From Candidatus Latescibacterota bacterium (GTDB lineage Bacteria; Latescibacterota; UBA2968; GCA-2709665), in NCBI GenBank assembly GCA_965116875.1, contig OZ220733.1, positions 5,216,001-5,280,000 of the forward strand: a stretch of 64,000 bases of DNA, read 5' to 3'. Of the stretch, positions 46,112 through 55,502 are shown one piece after another. Position numbers and translations under genes: made by a program. The first letter of the stretch is position 1, and each line of letters begins with the position of its first letter. Below the pieces are notes generated by a model, which saw only the letters and a program-made list of their open reading frames with translations, was not told the DNA's origin and ran no database searches.

Positions 46112-46502
46112 ACGCTTTTCCGCCGACGATCCCAGGGAATGGATGAATCGGGCCAGAAGCAATCTGGCAATGGCCAAGAACCGCATTCCTGATGCCTATC
46201 TGGAAGATCTGTGCTTCCAAGCCCAGCAGGCAGCCGAAAAGGCCATCAAGGCAGTGATGATCGAGTGCGGCATCGACTTCCCCTATGTGAGTGATTTAGC
46301 CCGGCTGCTTTCCCTGCTTGAAGAAGTAGGAGAGAGCATTCCGGAGTTGGTCGTCAAGGCTGAGGAACTTACCCCATACGCTTTGGTCACGCGCTATCCC
46401 GGAACTGTCGGGCCTGTTGGTGAACAAGATTATATGGATGCGGTTAAGAATTCCGAAGTCGTCATTCGCTGGGCTGAGGAATGCATATCGGGATTCCCCT
46501 AG
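46098..46502 (+). CDS. HEPN-domain toxin
   Basis: CFQAQQAAEKAIKA, TRYPG; overlaps the MNT stop. The usual HDL motif reads SDL. Confidence 0.88.
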   Translation: MSPPERFSADDPREWMNRARSNLAMAKNRIPDAYLEDLCFQAQQAAEKAIKAVMIECGIDFPYVSDLARLLSLLEEVGESIPELVVKAEELTPYALVTRYPGTVGPVGEQDYMDAVKNSEVVIRWAEECISGFP

Positions 46503-46547
46503 AACGCAAGTGTCTGGCCGAAACCCTTACGGGGAGAAGATCCGATC

Positions 46548-46952
46548 GTGAAAGAGCGGATGCTCACGGACGAAGAGACGGATGTTCGGTACCAAGCCAT
46601 ATTCGGCGATGTGTCAAGAATCGTCGACGCCGCCAGGCGATCGGCCGCTCGGTCAGCGAATTCCGTCATGACTGCCGCGTATTGGATGATCGGCCGTCGT
46701 ATAGTTGAATTTGAACAATCAGGAGAAAAGCGCGCTGAATACGGGACTGCGCTCATCGAAAGACTCTCGACCGACTTAAGGAAGCGCTTCGGGCGTGGAT
46801 TTGGATCTGTCAATCTGAGCCAGATGAAGAAATTCTATTTGCTGTGGTCAGTTGAACGAATTCTTCAGACAGTGTCTGAAAAATTGGAAGATGGAGAAAG
46901 TTCGTCCAAGAGGCCTGCAAAACCTTCGCTGGCTATCCTCGCCACGCGCTGA
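46548..46952 (+). pseudogene. Truncated DUF1016/YhcG (N-terminal domain only)
   Basis: NSVMTAAYWMIGRRIVEFEQ.G..RAEYG, FGRGF...NL..M..FY; stops well before the C-terminal PD-(D/E)xK domain. Confidence 0.8.
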
Positions 46953-47016
46953 CCCCGTGGTTCCGAGGCAGCTGAACAGCAGACTTGCATTGCACGTAGA
47001 ACCCATGGAGGATGAC

Positions 47017-47265
47017 ATGATCACTGATCCCGCACTACTCGAGCGCATTACCGTGCGCCCTGATGTCTTTGGTGGTAAGCCCATCATTCGAGACATGCGC
47101 ATCGCAGTGGAACACGTTCTAGGAATGCTTGCGGCAGGCGATACCACAGAGACGATTCTCCAGGAATATCCGATTCTGGAACCGGAAGACATCCAGGCGT
47201 GCCTGCTTTTTGCCCACCGTTCTCTGGCAGGTGACCATGTGCATGAGCGTGTGAAGGTACGGTAA
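47017..47265 (+). CDS. DUF433 antitoxin
   Basis: RITVRPDVFGGKPIIRDMRIAVE, EYP.L..EDI.ACL; GGAGG RBS. Confidence 0.92.
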   Translation: MITDPALLERITVRPDVFGGKPIIRDMRIAVEHVLGMLAAGDTTETILQEYPILEPEDIQACLLFAHRSLAGDHVHERVKVR

Positions 47266-47270
47266 GCATC

Positions 47271-47645
47271 GTGAAATTCCTTATTGACGTCTGTGTCGCG
47301 TCCCGCAGTTTGTGCACACTTTTGACCGGCTTGGGCTATGATGTCCTGTCGGGCGCGGAAATAGATCCTCGTGCCTCAGATGAAGCCCTGCTCGCACTCG
47401 CATACCAGGAGAAACGGGTGCTCGTCACCGAAGACAAGGACTTCGGCGAACTGGTCTTTGTGAGGCGTTTGCCGCATCCGTGCATCATCCGCTTCGTCGA
47501 TATGCAGGTTGCGGAGAAGGTCGCTGCCATGCGTGAGTTGCTCGAGCGGCACGCGGATGTAATGCACGAGTGCGCTTTGATTGTGGTGACACGGAGACGC
47601 GTGCGGATACGTCTCGGAGAAGGCAACCAGCAGGGTACCAACTAA
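47271..47645 (+). CDS. DUF5615 PIN-like (VapC45-like) toxin
   Basis: KFLIDVC, ASDEALL, LVTEDKDFGELVF. Confidence 0.9.
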   Translation: MKFLIDVCVASRSLCTLLTGLGYDVLSGAEIDPRASDEALLALAYQEKRVLVTEDKDFGELVFVRRLPHPCIIRFVDMQVAEKVAAMRELLERHADVMHECALIVVTRRRVRIRLGEGNQQGTN

Positions 47646-47654
47646 CGCACAATG

Positions 47655-47738
47655 ACAGCCAATCGGTGATCGTCAAACCTGCGCTGCGTGAGGGAAGGTG
47701 GTATCTGAGTCCCTCTCAGCGCTTCCCGCCCGATGACC
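47655..47738 (+). repeat. Degenerate direct repeat of the MNT/HEPN junction (first copy 46047-46132); relic
   Basis: acagccaatcggtgatcgtcaaacctgcgctgcgtgagggaaggtggtatctgagtcc versus acagccattcggtgatcatcaagcccgcgctgcgtgagggaagggtggtatatgagtcc. Confidence 0.88.
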
Positions 47739-48572
47739 TGCGAATTAAACATACTTCGATTGCTGTTCGGAACCACGCTTGCCGTCGCCGCGACGGTTGC
47801 GAACCTGTCATCTGCATGGGCAGCGGACGCCAATGCGGAAACCGCACCCGCGAGGATCCGCGCGACGTCCTTTGCGAGGGGTGATTTCTATCTTCTCGGC
47901 GCCGCCGGCCTGGATCTGCGTGCATCGTCGCGGTTCCAGGACAGGAACTGCTCAAGCGAGTCGCCGGCGGCCCTGTATGGATGCGGTACGGGCGTGGACG
48001 GCGCCGCACTCAGCGCCTCGGGCGAATTCGCCAGGACGCCCGGTTTTGAAGTGGGCGCGGGCTACGCTGCGACGAATCGCGTACGCGTCGAAGGCGCCGT
48101 TCAGTACCGTCCGCCGTTCACTTTTCATGGCCGCGCCAACTTCGTGCAGACCTCCGGACGTCAGGACGTTTCGGCCGATATTTCCTCTCTTTCCATACTT
48201 CTCAGTGCCTATGCGGACCTCCCTGGACCGGGCCCGCTCAGCCCCTACCTTGGATGCGGCGGCGGTCTGGCGCGAATGACCATCGGTGAGACGCACATGG
48301 AATTCCCCAGGACGACAACGGTCGTGCCCGGCGCGAGCCGGACAGGTGTCGCGTTCCTGTTGGCCGCCGGCGCTTCCGCACGGATCCGGGAAAAGATAAC
48401 GGTCGACGTCGGTTGGCGGTACACGGACGCCGGCGCCGTGGAAACCGGGCGCGGCAAGGGTCGAGTCGTCTGGCGCGACGGAAGCCGCGAGCCGCTGGAA
48501 CTGGAACTGGCGGAGACGAGCGCGGATCTGGCCAGCCACGGGCTTCGTGTTGCGTTGCGCTACCCACTCTGA
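47733..48572 (+). CDS. Outer-membrane beta-barrel protein (opacity/OmpA-like)
   Basis: Signal peptide, alternating strands (GAGY, RVEG, SPYLGCGGG, VDVGWRY, LRY). Start uncertain. Confidence 0.75.
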   Translation: MTCELNILRLLFGTTLAVAATVANLSSAWAADANAETAPARIRATSFARGDFYLLGAAGLDLRASSRFQDRNCSSESPAALYGCGTGVDGAALSASGEFARTPGFEVGAGYAATNRVRVEGAVQYRPPFTFHGRANFVQTSGRQDVSADISSLSILLSAYADLPGPGPLSPYLGCGGGLARMTIGETHMEFPRTTTVVPGASRTGVAFLLAAGASARIREKITVDVGWRYTDAGAVETGRGKGRVVWRDGSREPLELELAETSADLASHGLRVALRYPL

Positions 48573-48614
48573 GCATTCCCCTCCGGACTGGCTTTATGGT
48601 AAGGATGCAGCCAC

Positions 48615-49274
48615 ATGTCTGCATATAGCGTCTATTTCGCGGGTGAACTCTTCGACCATAAACATCTCATCGGCAACGCCATCCTGGCTGATGCCATAGA
48701 ACGGTATTCGGACGGCAGGTACACCTGCGTGGTGCCGCAGCACCTGGAACAAGCCACCGGACGGGCGGTTGATATCCGCAATCAGGACCTGAAGCAGGTA
48801 ATGGCTTGCGATCTGGGCCTCTTCAACTTCGACGGGACGGACCTGGACTCCGGAACGGTCGTGGAGTTTATGGTGGCAAAGTTCCTGGATATCCCATCGG
48901 TGATTCTGCGCTCCGACTTCCGTTCTTCCGGCGACCAGGACAAGGATGGAGACGACTGGAACCTGATGTGCTCCTTCTACCCTCGCGTCCGCGTACTCGG
49001 GTTCAACGGGATGGCCTGGTACCAGGAAGCGCGGGACGGCTCTTCGAATCTGGCTGAGTGTACAGACCGATTGTACGCCAGGATTGCCCGCGCCGTCATC
49101 GAGCAACTGGACGCGGTACGCGCCGAACCGCCCGTGGATGAATCCGATGAGGCACGAATACACGCCCTGTACGCGTGGGCGACGCGCTTCCCGGGAGGCG
49201 GGCTGGAGGCCTTCTGCGGACCTGATTTCGTGGACGAGGTGATCGAGTCCAAGAGAAGGAAGGGTCTGCTTTAA
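48615..49274 (+). CDS. Nucleoside 2-deoxyribosyltransferase-family protein
   Basis: YFAGELF, FDGTDLDSGTVVEF, RSDFR, WNLM. Confidence 0.85.
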   Translation: MSAYSVYFAGELFDHKHLIGNAILADAIERYSDGRYTCVVPQHLEQATGRAVDIRNQDLKQVMACDLGLFNFDGTDLDSGTVVEFMVAKFLDIPSVILRSDFRSSGDQDKDGDDWNLMCSFYPRVRVLGFNGMAWYQEARDGSSNLAECTDRLYARIARAVIEQLDAVRAEPPVDESDEARIHALYAWATRFPGGGLEAFCGPDFVDEVIESKRRKGLL

Positions 49275-49382
49275 GGGAACGAACGGCCTGCCGTTCTCTT
49301 TGCTGTCGGTCTTCATCCTGCACATCCTGTCCATCCATGTAAGTCCAGGTCGTTTCAAATTGTGCCAACTCAGGAGCTTGAT

Positions 49383-50537
49383 ATGTACGATATACGGGGA
49401 GGCCTTGCCCGCCTTCAGTCTAACCGCACCGGCCGCCACTCCTCCTGGGATACGACCGGGCGAAACAGTGACGCGTGGACCATCGAGCCGGGTGAGACCC
49501 GACTCCTGGCCGACGTCGAAGGCCCTGCATGCATCACCCATCTCTGGTTCACCCAGAGCAACCACTACCGCGAGTGCCTGCTGAAGATCACCTGGGACGA
49601 TGCCGATGAACCCAGCGTAATCTGTCCGCTCGGCGACTTTTTCGGACTGGGCCACGGCATTGTCAACTCCTACCAGTCGTTGCTTTTCACCGCGTCGACC
49701 AACCATAACAACGAGTTCGAGTCCGGGTGCGCGCTCAACGCGTACGTTCCCATGCCCTTTCGCAAGAGAGCGCGGCTTGAGCTGGTCAACGAAAGCGACG
49801 AGCCTCACCGGCAATATTTCTACGTGGACTGGGAGACCTGTCCCGATGGCGTGCCGGCCGATACAGGATATCTCCACTCGGAATTCCGGCGGGAAAACCC
49901 CTTCGGCGGATGGGGACACGAAATCCGGGTCAACACGCCTGAAGCGGATATCGTCAATGCGGGACGCGAGGCATGGGAGAATAACTATCTGATCCTGGAC
50001 GCCGGGGGGCGCGGCCATTACATCGGCTGCAATATCAGCGTCACCAACTTCCAGGGGACCTGGTGGGGCGAGGGCGACGACATGATCTGGGTGGACGGGT
50101 ACAGGTGGCCGCCGGACCTGCACGGCACCGGCAGCGAGGACTATCTGAACCAGGCATGGGGCATGCAACCCAACGCCTTCCTCCGCAACGGCTCCTCAAT
50201 CTACGAGCGCGATACCGACGGCTATCAGACCAGCTATGTGCACCACCTTGAGAACCCCGTTCGCTTCGAGCGGGAAATCAGGGTGACCATCGAGCACGGC
50301 CACGGAAACCACCTGTGCAACGAGATGAGCAGCGTGGCCTACTGGTACGGCGACCGGCCCCGCGCCGCCACGCCGCCGCCCGCGGTGGATCAGCGCATGC
50401 CGGTACTGCGCGACAACCGGGGACGATGGCTGTACGACGCGCGCTCGCAGACCACCTCGCGTACCGTCCCGCTGAATGATGAAATGAAGGACAACAAAGC
50501 CCGCTGGAACCAGGGGAAATCCGTGACCGATCCGTAA
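49383..50537 (+). CDS. DUF2961 / glycoside hydrolase family 172
   Basis: SSWDTTGRN.D, GPACITHLW, PLGDFFG, WWGEGDD, GTGSEDY, SSVAYWY; AGGAG RBS. Confidence 0.9.
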   Translation: MYDIRGGLARLQSNRTGRHSSWDTTGRNSDAWTIEPGETRLLADVEGPACITHLWFTQSNHYRECLLKITWDDADEPSVICPLGDFFGLGHGIVNSYQSLLFTASTNHNNEFESGCALNAYVPMPFRKRARLELVNESDEPHRQYFYVDWETCPDGVPADTGYLHSEFRRENPFGGWGHEIRVNTPEADIVNAGREAWENNYLILDAGGRGHYIGCNISVTNFQGTWWGEGDDMIWVDGYRWPPDLHGTGSEDYLNQAWGMQPNAFLRNGSSIYERDTDGYQTSYVHHLENPVRFEREIRVTIEHGHGNHLCNEMSSVAYWYGDRPRAATPPPAVDQRMPVLRDNRGRWLYDARSQTTSRTVPLNDEMKDNKARWNQGKSVTDP

Positions 50538-50623
50538 CGCCAGGCGCGGTCGTACATAATACAGAGACAACAGTCCGTTGATAAGGTCCAACCGGGCTGT
50601 TAAGGCGTGGGCGGGAAAAGGCG

Positions 50624-52012
50624 ATGACGACGGGCAAGCATCCGAATATCGTGCTCATCATGTCCGACCAGCACAATGCGAACGTGATGGGGTGCGCCGG
50701 CAACCCGATTGTGCAGACGCCGAACCTGGACGCGCTGGCCGGGCAGGGCGCCCGCTTCACGAACGCGTACTGTCCCTATCCGCTCTGCGCTCCGTCCAGG
50801 GCGGGTTTTATGGCTGGCAGCTACCCCAGCGAAGTCGGCGCATTCGACAACAGCGGGACACTATCACCGGAAACCCCCACGTTTGCTCATGGACTGGGCG
50901 CGGCGGGCTACGAGACCGTCCTCTGCGGCAGGATGCACTTTGTGGGTCCCGAACAACTGCTCGGATTCCAGAAACGCATCCACGCCGACTGCGGCGGGAC
51001 GCTTTCTCCGGAAATCCGGGGATCGGGAAACAACCGCACGACCGGGCAGTCGAAATACGCCGTTGAGGTCGCCGGATACGGAAGCACGGGGTACCAGGCG
51101 TTCGACGACAGCGTCACGGAAGCGGCGTGCAATGACATCGCGACGTGGACCGGGGACCGTCGCCCTCACTGCCTCGTCGTCGGCCTGATACTGCCCCACA
51201 ATCCCCTCATCTGTTCCAGACCCCTGTTTGACCGCTACATGGCGGAAATTCCTGCCCCGGAGCCCGTATCCCCCGCCTATCTGGACGCCCTCCACCCGGC
51301 GATGCGGAACTGGCGGAAGCGCCGGGGCGTGGACGATCTGACGCCGGAGCAGAACCGGCGGGGACTGGCCGCCTATTACGGCCTGGTCACGGAACTCGAC
51401 CGGAACGTCGGAAGCATCATGAATGCGGTTAAGTCCTCCCCGGCAGCCGAGAGTACAATCATCATCTACTGCTCCGACCACGGCGATATGGCCTGCGAAC
51501 ACGGCATGTGGTGGAAGAGCAGTTTCTACGACGGTTCGGCCCGCATTCCTCTTATCATTTCCTTCCCCGGGCAAATGAAACGTGGCTCAAACCACGCGGT
51601 TGTCAGTCTCATCGACGTTGGTCCCACGCTCCTGGAACTCGCCGGCGCTGTGCCGCTGCCGGATGTTTCCGGAAGAAGCTTCGCCGGCTTTCTTTACGGC
51701 GACGCCTCGATTCCGGACTGGCCCGCCGAAGTTTTTTCAGAATACATCGGGCTCCTCGACGATCGTCCCGCCTGCATGGTCCGCCGCGGCCCCTGGAAGC
51801 TGAACTATTATCACGAATTCCAGTCCTGCCAACTCTTCAATATGGACGAGGATCCGGGCGAAATGCACGACCGGGCAGAGGATCCGGACTGCCGGAAGAT
51901 CGTCGCGGATCTCCAGGACAGAATACACGCACGGTGGTCCGCCGAGCGCATGCTCAAAGATGCCGAAAGACAAAACCGCAGGCGCGACCTGATCCGTCGA
52001 TCCGGTGTCTGA
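50624..52012 (+). CDS. Cys-type sulfatase (choline-sulfatase-like)
   Basis: PNIVLIMSDQH, LCAPSRA, GRMHF, SDHGDM. Confidence 0.92.
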   Translation: MTTGKHPNIVLIMSDQHNANVMGCAGNPIVQTPNLDALAGQGARFTNAYCPYPLCAPSRAGFMAGSYPSEVGAFDNSGTLSPETPTFAHGLGAAGYETVLCGRMHFVGPEQLLGFQKRIHADCGGTLSPEIRGSGNNRTTGQSKYAVEVAGYGSTGYQAFDDSVTEAACNDIATWTGDRRPHCLVVGLILPHNPLICSRPLFDRYMAEIPAPEPVSPAYLDALHPAMRNWRKRRGVDDLTPEQNRRGLAAYYGLVTELDRNVGSIMNAVKSSPAAESTIIIYCSDHGDMACEHGMWWKSSFYDGSARIPLIISFPGQMKRGSNHAVVSLIDVGPTLLELAGAVPLPDVSGRSFAGFLYGDASIPDWPAEVFSEYIGLLDDRPACMVRRGPWKLNYYHEFQSCQLFNMDEDPGEMHDRAEDPDCRKIVADLQDRIHARWSAERMLKDAERQNRRRDLIRRSGV

Positions 52013-52151
52013 CGTCTCTTTGGAAACCGAACTTGACATTGCGGGACTTGAATCAGGATATTTGGAGGTCTATCTGAAGGGCCTGGCTGTCACTTCCCGC
52101 GCTTCGCGGTTGAGTGTTTCGTGCGCGGGTCGTTCTCGATGGGGTTTTCCA

Positions 52152-53048
52152 ATGCGATTTGCGCTGGTCGTCTTTTCCACCGTTTGCGCGTTGCAGTCGA
52201 TCTGTCAGAATTCCAGGGCATGGTCGCAGCCTACGCCGACCGAACACCCGAACTCCGGGTGGTACGCCGGCGTGACACTTGGACTGAATCGAGCCAACGA
52301 CATCGATCAGGAGGGGTGGAATCGAGATACCTTCTGCTATCCGACGGATGCGTGTTTCGATCTGGATCCCATTCCCACGATCTCTGGGTACCGGTGGCGG
52401 TACAATAACGAAACCGCCTCGGGACACGCGTTCCAGGTCTCGATCGGACGTATCTTCGATCGCAAGCGCGTTGAACTTGCGATATCGCAGCGAAGGAATG
52501 GCATCGACCAGATCTTTCAAAGCGTCACCAATTTCGATGGCGTGTCCATGGAAGACCGCGAAGGCGGAACGATCGACTCCAACACCCGGTCTTCGATCGA
52601 CGATTTTGTCGTACGCTCGCTTTCGCTCAACGCATACTACGATCTTCCTGGCGGTCAACGCGTTATTTCACCCTACGTCGGCGTTGGGATGGGGACGGCG
52701 CACGTAGCGATGACCGGAACGCACTACTCAGACAACCATACGGAAACGTCCGCCAGCGGCCAGGTATACGATCCTCCGCTATCGTTCTACAACGGCCGGC
52801 AGGAAGGCGACCTCGGCGACGTGGTTCTGATCGTGAACTTTCACGCTGGCGCGGAATATCCGGTCGGCGACAGGACGATGCTGGGATTGAAGCTTACATA
52901 CTCTGTCACGGGCGGCATGGATGTCCGGGGGGAGTACGAGATTCATCCAATGCACAGTATCGACCCTGATTTCTCCAGTCACAACTCGTTCGCCGGCGCA
53001 CGTCTCTGGACCCTGACGCTCAATGTGAAACACATTTTCGGCATCTGA
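52152..53048 (+). CDS. Outer-membrane beta-barrel protein
   Basis: Signal peptide from MRFALVV, GWYAGV, LNAYYD, SPYVGVGMG. Confidence 0.7.
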   Translation: MRFALVVFSTVCALQSICQNSRAWSQPTPTEHPNSGWYAGVTLGLNRANDIDQEGWNRDTFCYPTDACFDLDPIPTISGYRWRYNNETASGHAFQVSIGRIFDRKRVELAISQRRNGIDQIFQSVTNFDGVSMEDREGGTIDSNTRSSIDDFVVRSLSLNAYYDLPGGQRVISPYVGVGMGTAHVAMTGTHYSDNHTETSASGQVYDPPLSFYNGRQEGDLGDVVLIVNFHAGAEYPVGDRTMLGLKLTYSVTGGMDVRGEYEIHPMHSIDPDFSSHNSFAGARLWTLTLNVKHIFGI

Positions 53049-53133
53049 GTCGTGCCGCCCGGCGCCCACGACGCGCCCCCGGGCCTGATTCCACGCCTCA
53101 ATTCACCCGGGGTACGCGAAACGGGAGCAAGCC

Positions 53134-54633
53134 ATGGTAAAGAAAGCGGATCATCCGGGGCTGTACGAATTGTACAGACGTGACCCGGACAAGGCCGACC
53201 GGCTCCTCTTCGGACGCGAGACCTGTTCCGACAGGCGCGGATTCCTGAAGGGCGCGGGACTGGCTGTGATGGGGGCCATGGTCGGTTCGACAATCCCCTT
53301 CCACCGCTTCATGCCGGCCCACTTCATCCCTTCCGTACTCGCAGGTGAAAGGGTGATCCACGGTAAAGACGGCGTGGTTGTGATCAACGAAAGACCACTG
53401 AATGCAGAAACCCCGGCCCACCTGCTGGATGACGCCATCACGCCCACGGAACGGCATTTTGTCCGGAATAACGGAATCCCGCCGGAGAACACGAATGGGG
53501 CCGGATGGAAGCTGACCGTCGACGGCCACGTGGACCGGCCGATGGCGCTGGACATCGACAGCCTCAAAGACCGGTTCGAGGTGATCACCCGCGCCCTGGT
53601 GCTGGAGTGCGGCGGCAACGGCCGCGCGTTCTTCGACCCGCCCGCCAAAGGTGATCAGTGGACCTTCGGTGCCGTCGGCTGTTCGGAATGGACGGGCGTT
53701 CGTCTCGCCGACGTCCTGAAGGCCGCTGGGGTCAGGACGAACGTCGTCTACACGGCGCACGAGGGCGCGGACACCCACCTCTCCGGGGAGCCTGGCAGGT
53801 TACCCCTTTCGCGGGGCGTGCCCATCGCGAAAGCCATGGACGAACACAATCTTATCGCCTTCGCCCAGAACGGCAAGCCCATCCACCCGATGAACGGCGC
53901 CCCGCTGCGGCTCATCGTGCCGGGATGGCCCGGCTCCTGCTCCCAGAAGTGGCTGATCCGCGTCTGGTTGCGGGATAAGGTTCACGACGGCCCGAAGATG
54001 ACCGGCACCTCCTATCGGATCCCAAACCGTCCGATCTCACCCGGCGAGCAGGTGGACGAAAGGGACTTTGACGTCATCCACAGCATGCCGGTGAAGTCCC
54101 TGATCACGAATCCGGCCAATGGGCACAGGACGGGCGAGCGATCGCTGGAAATCCGCGGACACGCGTGGGCCGGCGACCGGCGCGTGGACGCCGTGCACGT
54201 GTCGACCGACTTCGGCGCGACGTGGATGAAGGCAGCACTGGATGAACCGGTGAATGCGTACGCCTGGCAGAACTGGCGCACCAGGGTCGCATTTCCCCAG
54301 CCGGGATACTATGAAGTCTGGGCCAGGGCCACGGACTCGCAAGGCGTGAGCCAACCGCACGCGATCGCATGGAACCCGCGGGGATATCTGAATAACTCGA
54401 TGCATCGGGTGGCGGTGACGGTAGAAGAGAAAAGAGGAAGGAAGAAGGAAGAAGGAAGAAGCAAAAAGGATGAAGGAAGAAAGGCGCCGCTCTGCCCGGC
54501 GCGGCTTTTACAACGAACAGACTCCCCTCTCTACAACCGCTCGCGTGGCATCTGGTTTTGTAGGGGCAACCCTTGTGGTTGCCCACATAGCGGTTGTGAT
54601 TTCGCCGATTACCAACGCAAGTCCTTGACATGA
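53134..54633 (+). CDS. Sulfite oxidase-family molybdoenzyme (SorA/SoxC-like) with Tat motif; C-terminal ~70 aa appear repeat-derived
   Basis: DRRGFLK, PLNAETP, HFVRNNG, LECGGNGR, NGAPLRLIVPGW, SQKW, AWNPRGYLNN. Confidence 0.9.
   Translation: MVKKADHPGLYELYRRDPDKADRLLFGRETCSDRRGFLKGAGLAVMGAMVGSTIPFHRFMPAHFIPSVLAGERVIHGKDGVVVINERPLNAETPAHLLDDAITPTERHFVRNNGIPPENTNGAGWKLTVDGHVDRPMALDIDSLKDRFEVITRALVLECGGNGRAFFDPPAKGDQWTFGAVGCSEWTGVRLADVLKAAGVRTNVVYTAHEGADTHLSGEPGRLPLSRGVPIAKAMDEHNLIAFAQNGKPIHPMNGAPLRLIVPGWPGSCSQKWLIRVWLRDKVHDGPKMTGTSYRIPNRPISPGEQVDERDFDVIHSMPVKSLITNPANGHRTGERSLEIRGHAWAGDRRVDAVHVSTDFGATWMKAALDEPVNAYAWQNWRTRVAFPQPGYYEVWARATDSQGVSQPHAIAWNPRGYLNNSMHRVAVTVEEKRGRKKEEGRSKKDEGRKAPLCPARLLQRTDSPLYNRSRGIWFCRGNPCGCPHSGCDFADYQRKSLT
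54442..54483 (+). repeat. Purine-rich tandem heptamer repeat (AAGAAGG-like, 6 units)
   Basis: aagaagg aagaagg aagaagc aaaaagg atgaagg aagaaag. Confidence 0.75.
54560..54584 (+). repeat. GTAG-family REP element
   Basis: GTAG + GGGCAACC-CTTGT-GGTTGCCC, a perfect 8-bp hairpin. Confidence 0.8.
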
Positions 54634-54643
54634 ACCGCTTTTG

Positions 54644-54674
54644 GCTGACGGCTGAACGCTGATAGCTGACCGCT
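54644..54674 (+). repeat. Tandem heptamer repeat GCTGANN (4 units)
   Basis: gctgacg gctgaac gctgata gctgacc gct. Confidence 0.75.
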
Positions 54675-54706
54675 CCCTTTGATTCGATCCGATCAGGACG
54701 TTTTTT

Positions 54707-55414
54707 ATGTCACTCACACCAGAACAGATCCACCTCTTTCGCCACAACGGCTTCCTCAAATTGAAAAACCGGCTTCCGGGGGAGCGGGTTGAAAAACTCC
54801 GAGAGGCGGTTTGGAGGAATATTCGTGAGGAAAATGAACCGGCTGTGCGCGACCGAGAAGGACGCATCGTACGGCTCTCGGGCGTCGTCTCCAGAGAGCC
54901 TGTTTTCCTTGAAACTGCCACATGCCCCCTGGTCCTGGATCCCCTGGAGTCCCTTCTGGGCCCGAACATAGAACTCATCACGAACCGGCACAACCACGCC
55001 ACACTCCGCCTGGCCTCGGAGGACCGGCCGGAGCGAATGCACCGCGACGTCAGGCAGTGGTCGCGTACCATCTTCACGGTGATCTTCTACCTTGAACAGA
55101 CAACCGTGGAGAATGGATGCACGCTGGTCGTGCCCGGCTCCCACCATTTCCCGGGCGTCGACGGCCGTCTGTACGACGAAGCCCCAACACGACATCTCCT
55201 GGATCAGGCCGTGCCCGTTCCCATGCCCGAAGGCGGCCTGCTCGTCATCGACAGCATGATCATGCACGGTGTCGGTCAAAACAGGACGGACGGCACCCGG
55301 ATGAGTATGACCATGGGCTACCACAGCGTGGATGAAATCGCCGACCTTGAGAATCCACATCGCATGCTCGTGCGCGGCGAACGGCCCTACGATGGCAACG
55401 TGCCCCGGAAATAG
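54707..55414 (+). CDS. PhyH-family dioxygenase
   Basis: MHRD, ENGCTLVVPGSH, MHGVGQN..DGTR. Confidence 0.88.
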   Translation: MSLTPEQIHLFRHNGFLKLKNRLPGERVEKLREAVWRNIREENEPAVRDREGRIVRLSGVVSREPVFLETATCPLVLDPLESLLGPNIELITNRHNHATLRLASEDRPERMHRDVRQWSRTIFTVIFYLEQTTVENGCTLVVPGSHHFPGVDGRLYDEAPTRHLLDQAVPVPMPEGGLLVIDSMIMHGVGQNRTDGTRMSMTMGYHSVDEIADLENPHRMLVRGERPYDGNVPRK

Positions 55415-55419
55415 GGGTT

Positions 55420-55484
55420 ATGTGGCCGCCGGCTGCCAGAGTCCAGTCGGGTTCTCCGTGCCGGATGAGATGAAACGTCGTCAT
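55420..55484 (-). pseudogene. 5' remnant of a histidine phosphatase gene
   Basis: MTTFHLIRHGEPDW (RHG motif) with a GGAG RBS; resemblance ends after ~20 codons, where it meets the convergent PhyH gene. Confidence 0.65.
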
Positions 55485-55502
55485 TCGATTTATGCTCCCG
55501 TT

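Larger units (their letters stand above)
27700..47740 (+). other. Defence island (restriction-like backbone, nested cassettes, TA array); boundaries approximate
   Basis: Co-oriented defence-type genes, compositional shift to AT-richer sequence, truncated genes; no integrase visible. Confidence 0.8.

Noticed and set aside
27540-47740. Island as an integrative element or prophage
   Set aside because: No integrase, transposase, tRNA target or flanking att repeats recognised.
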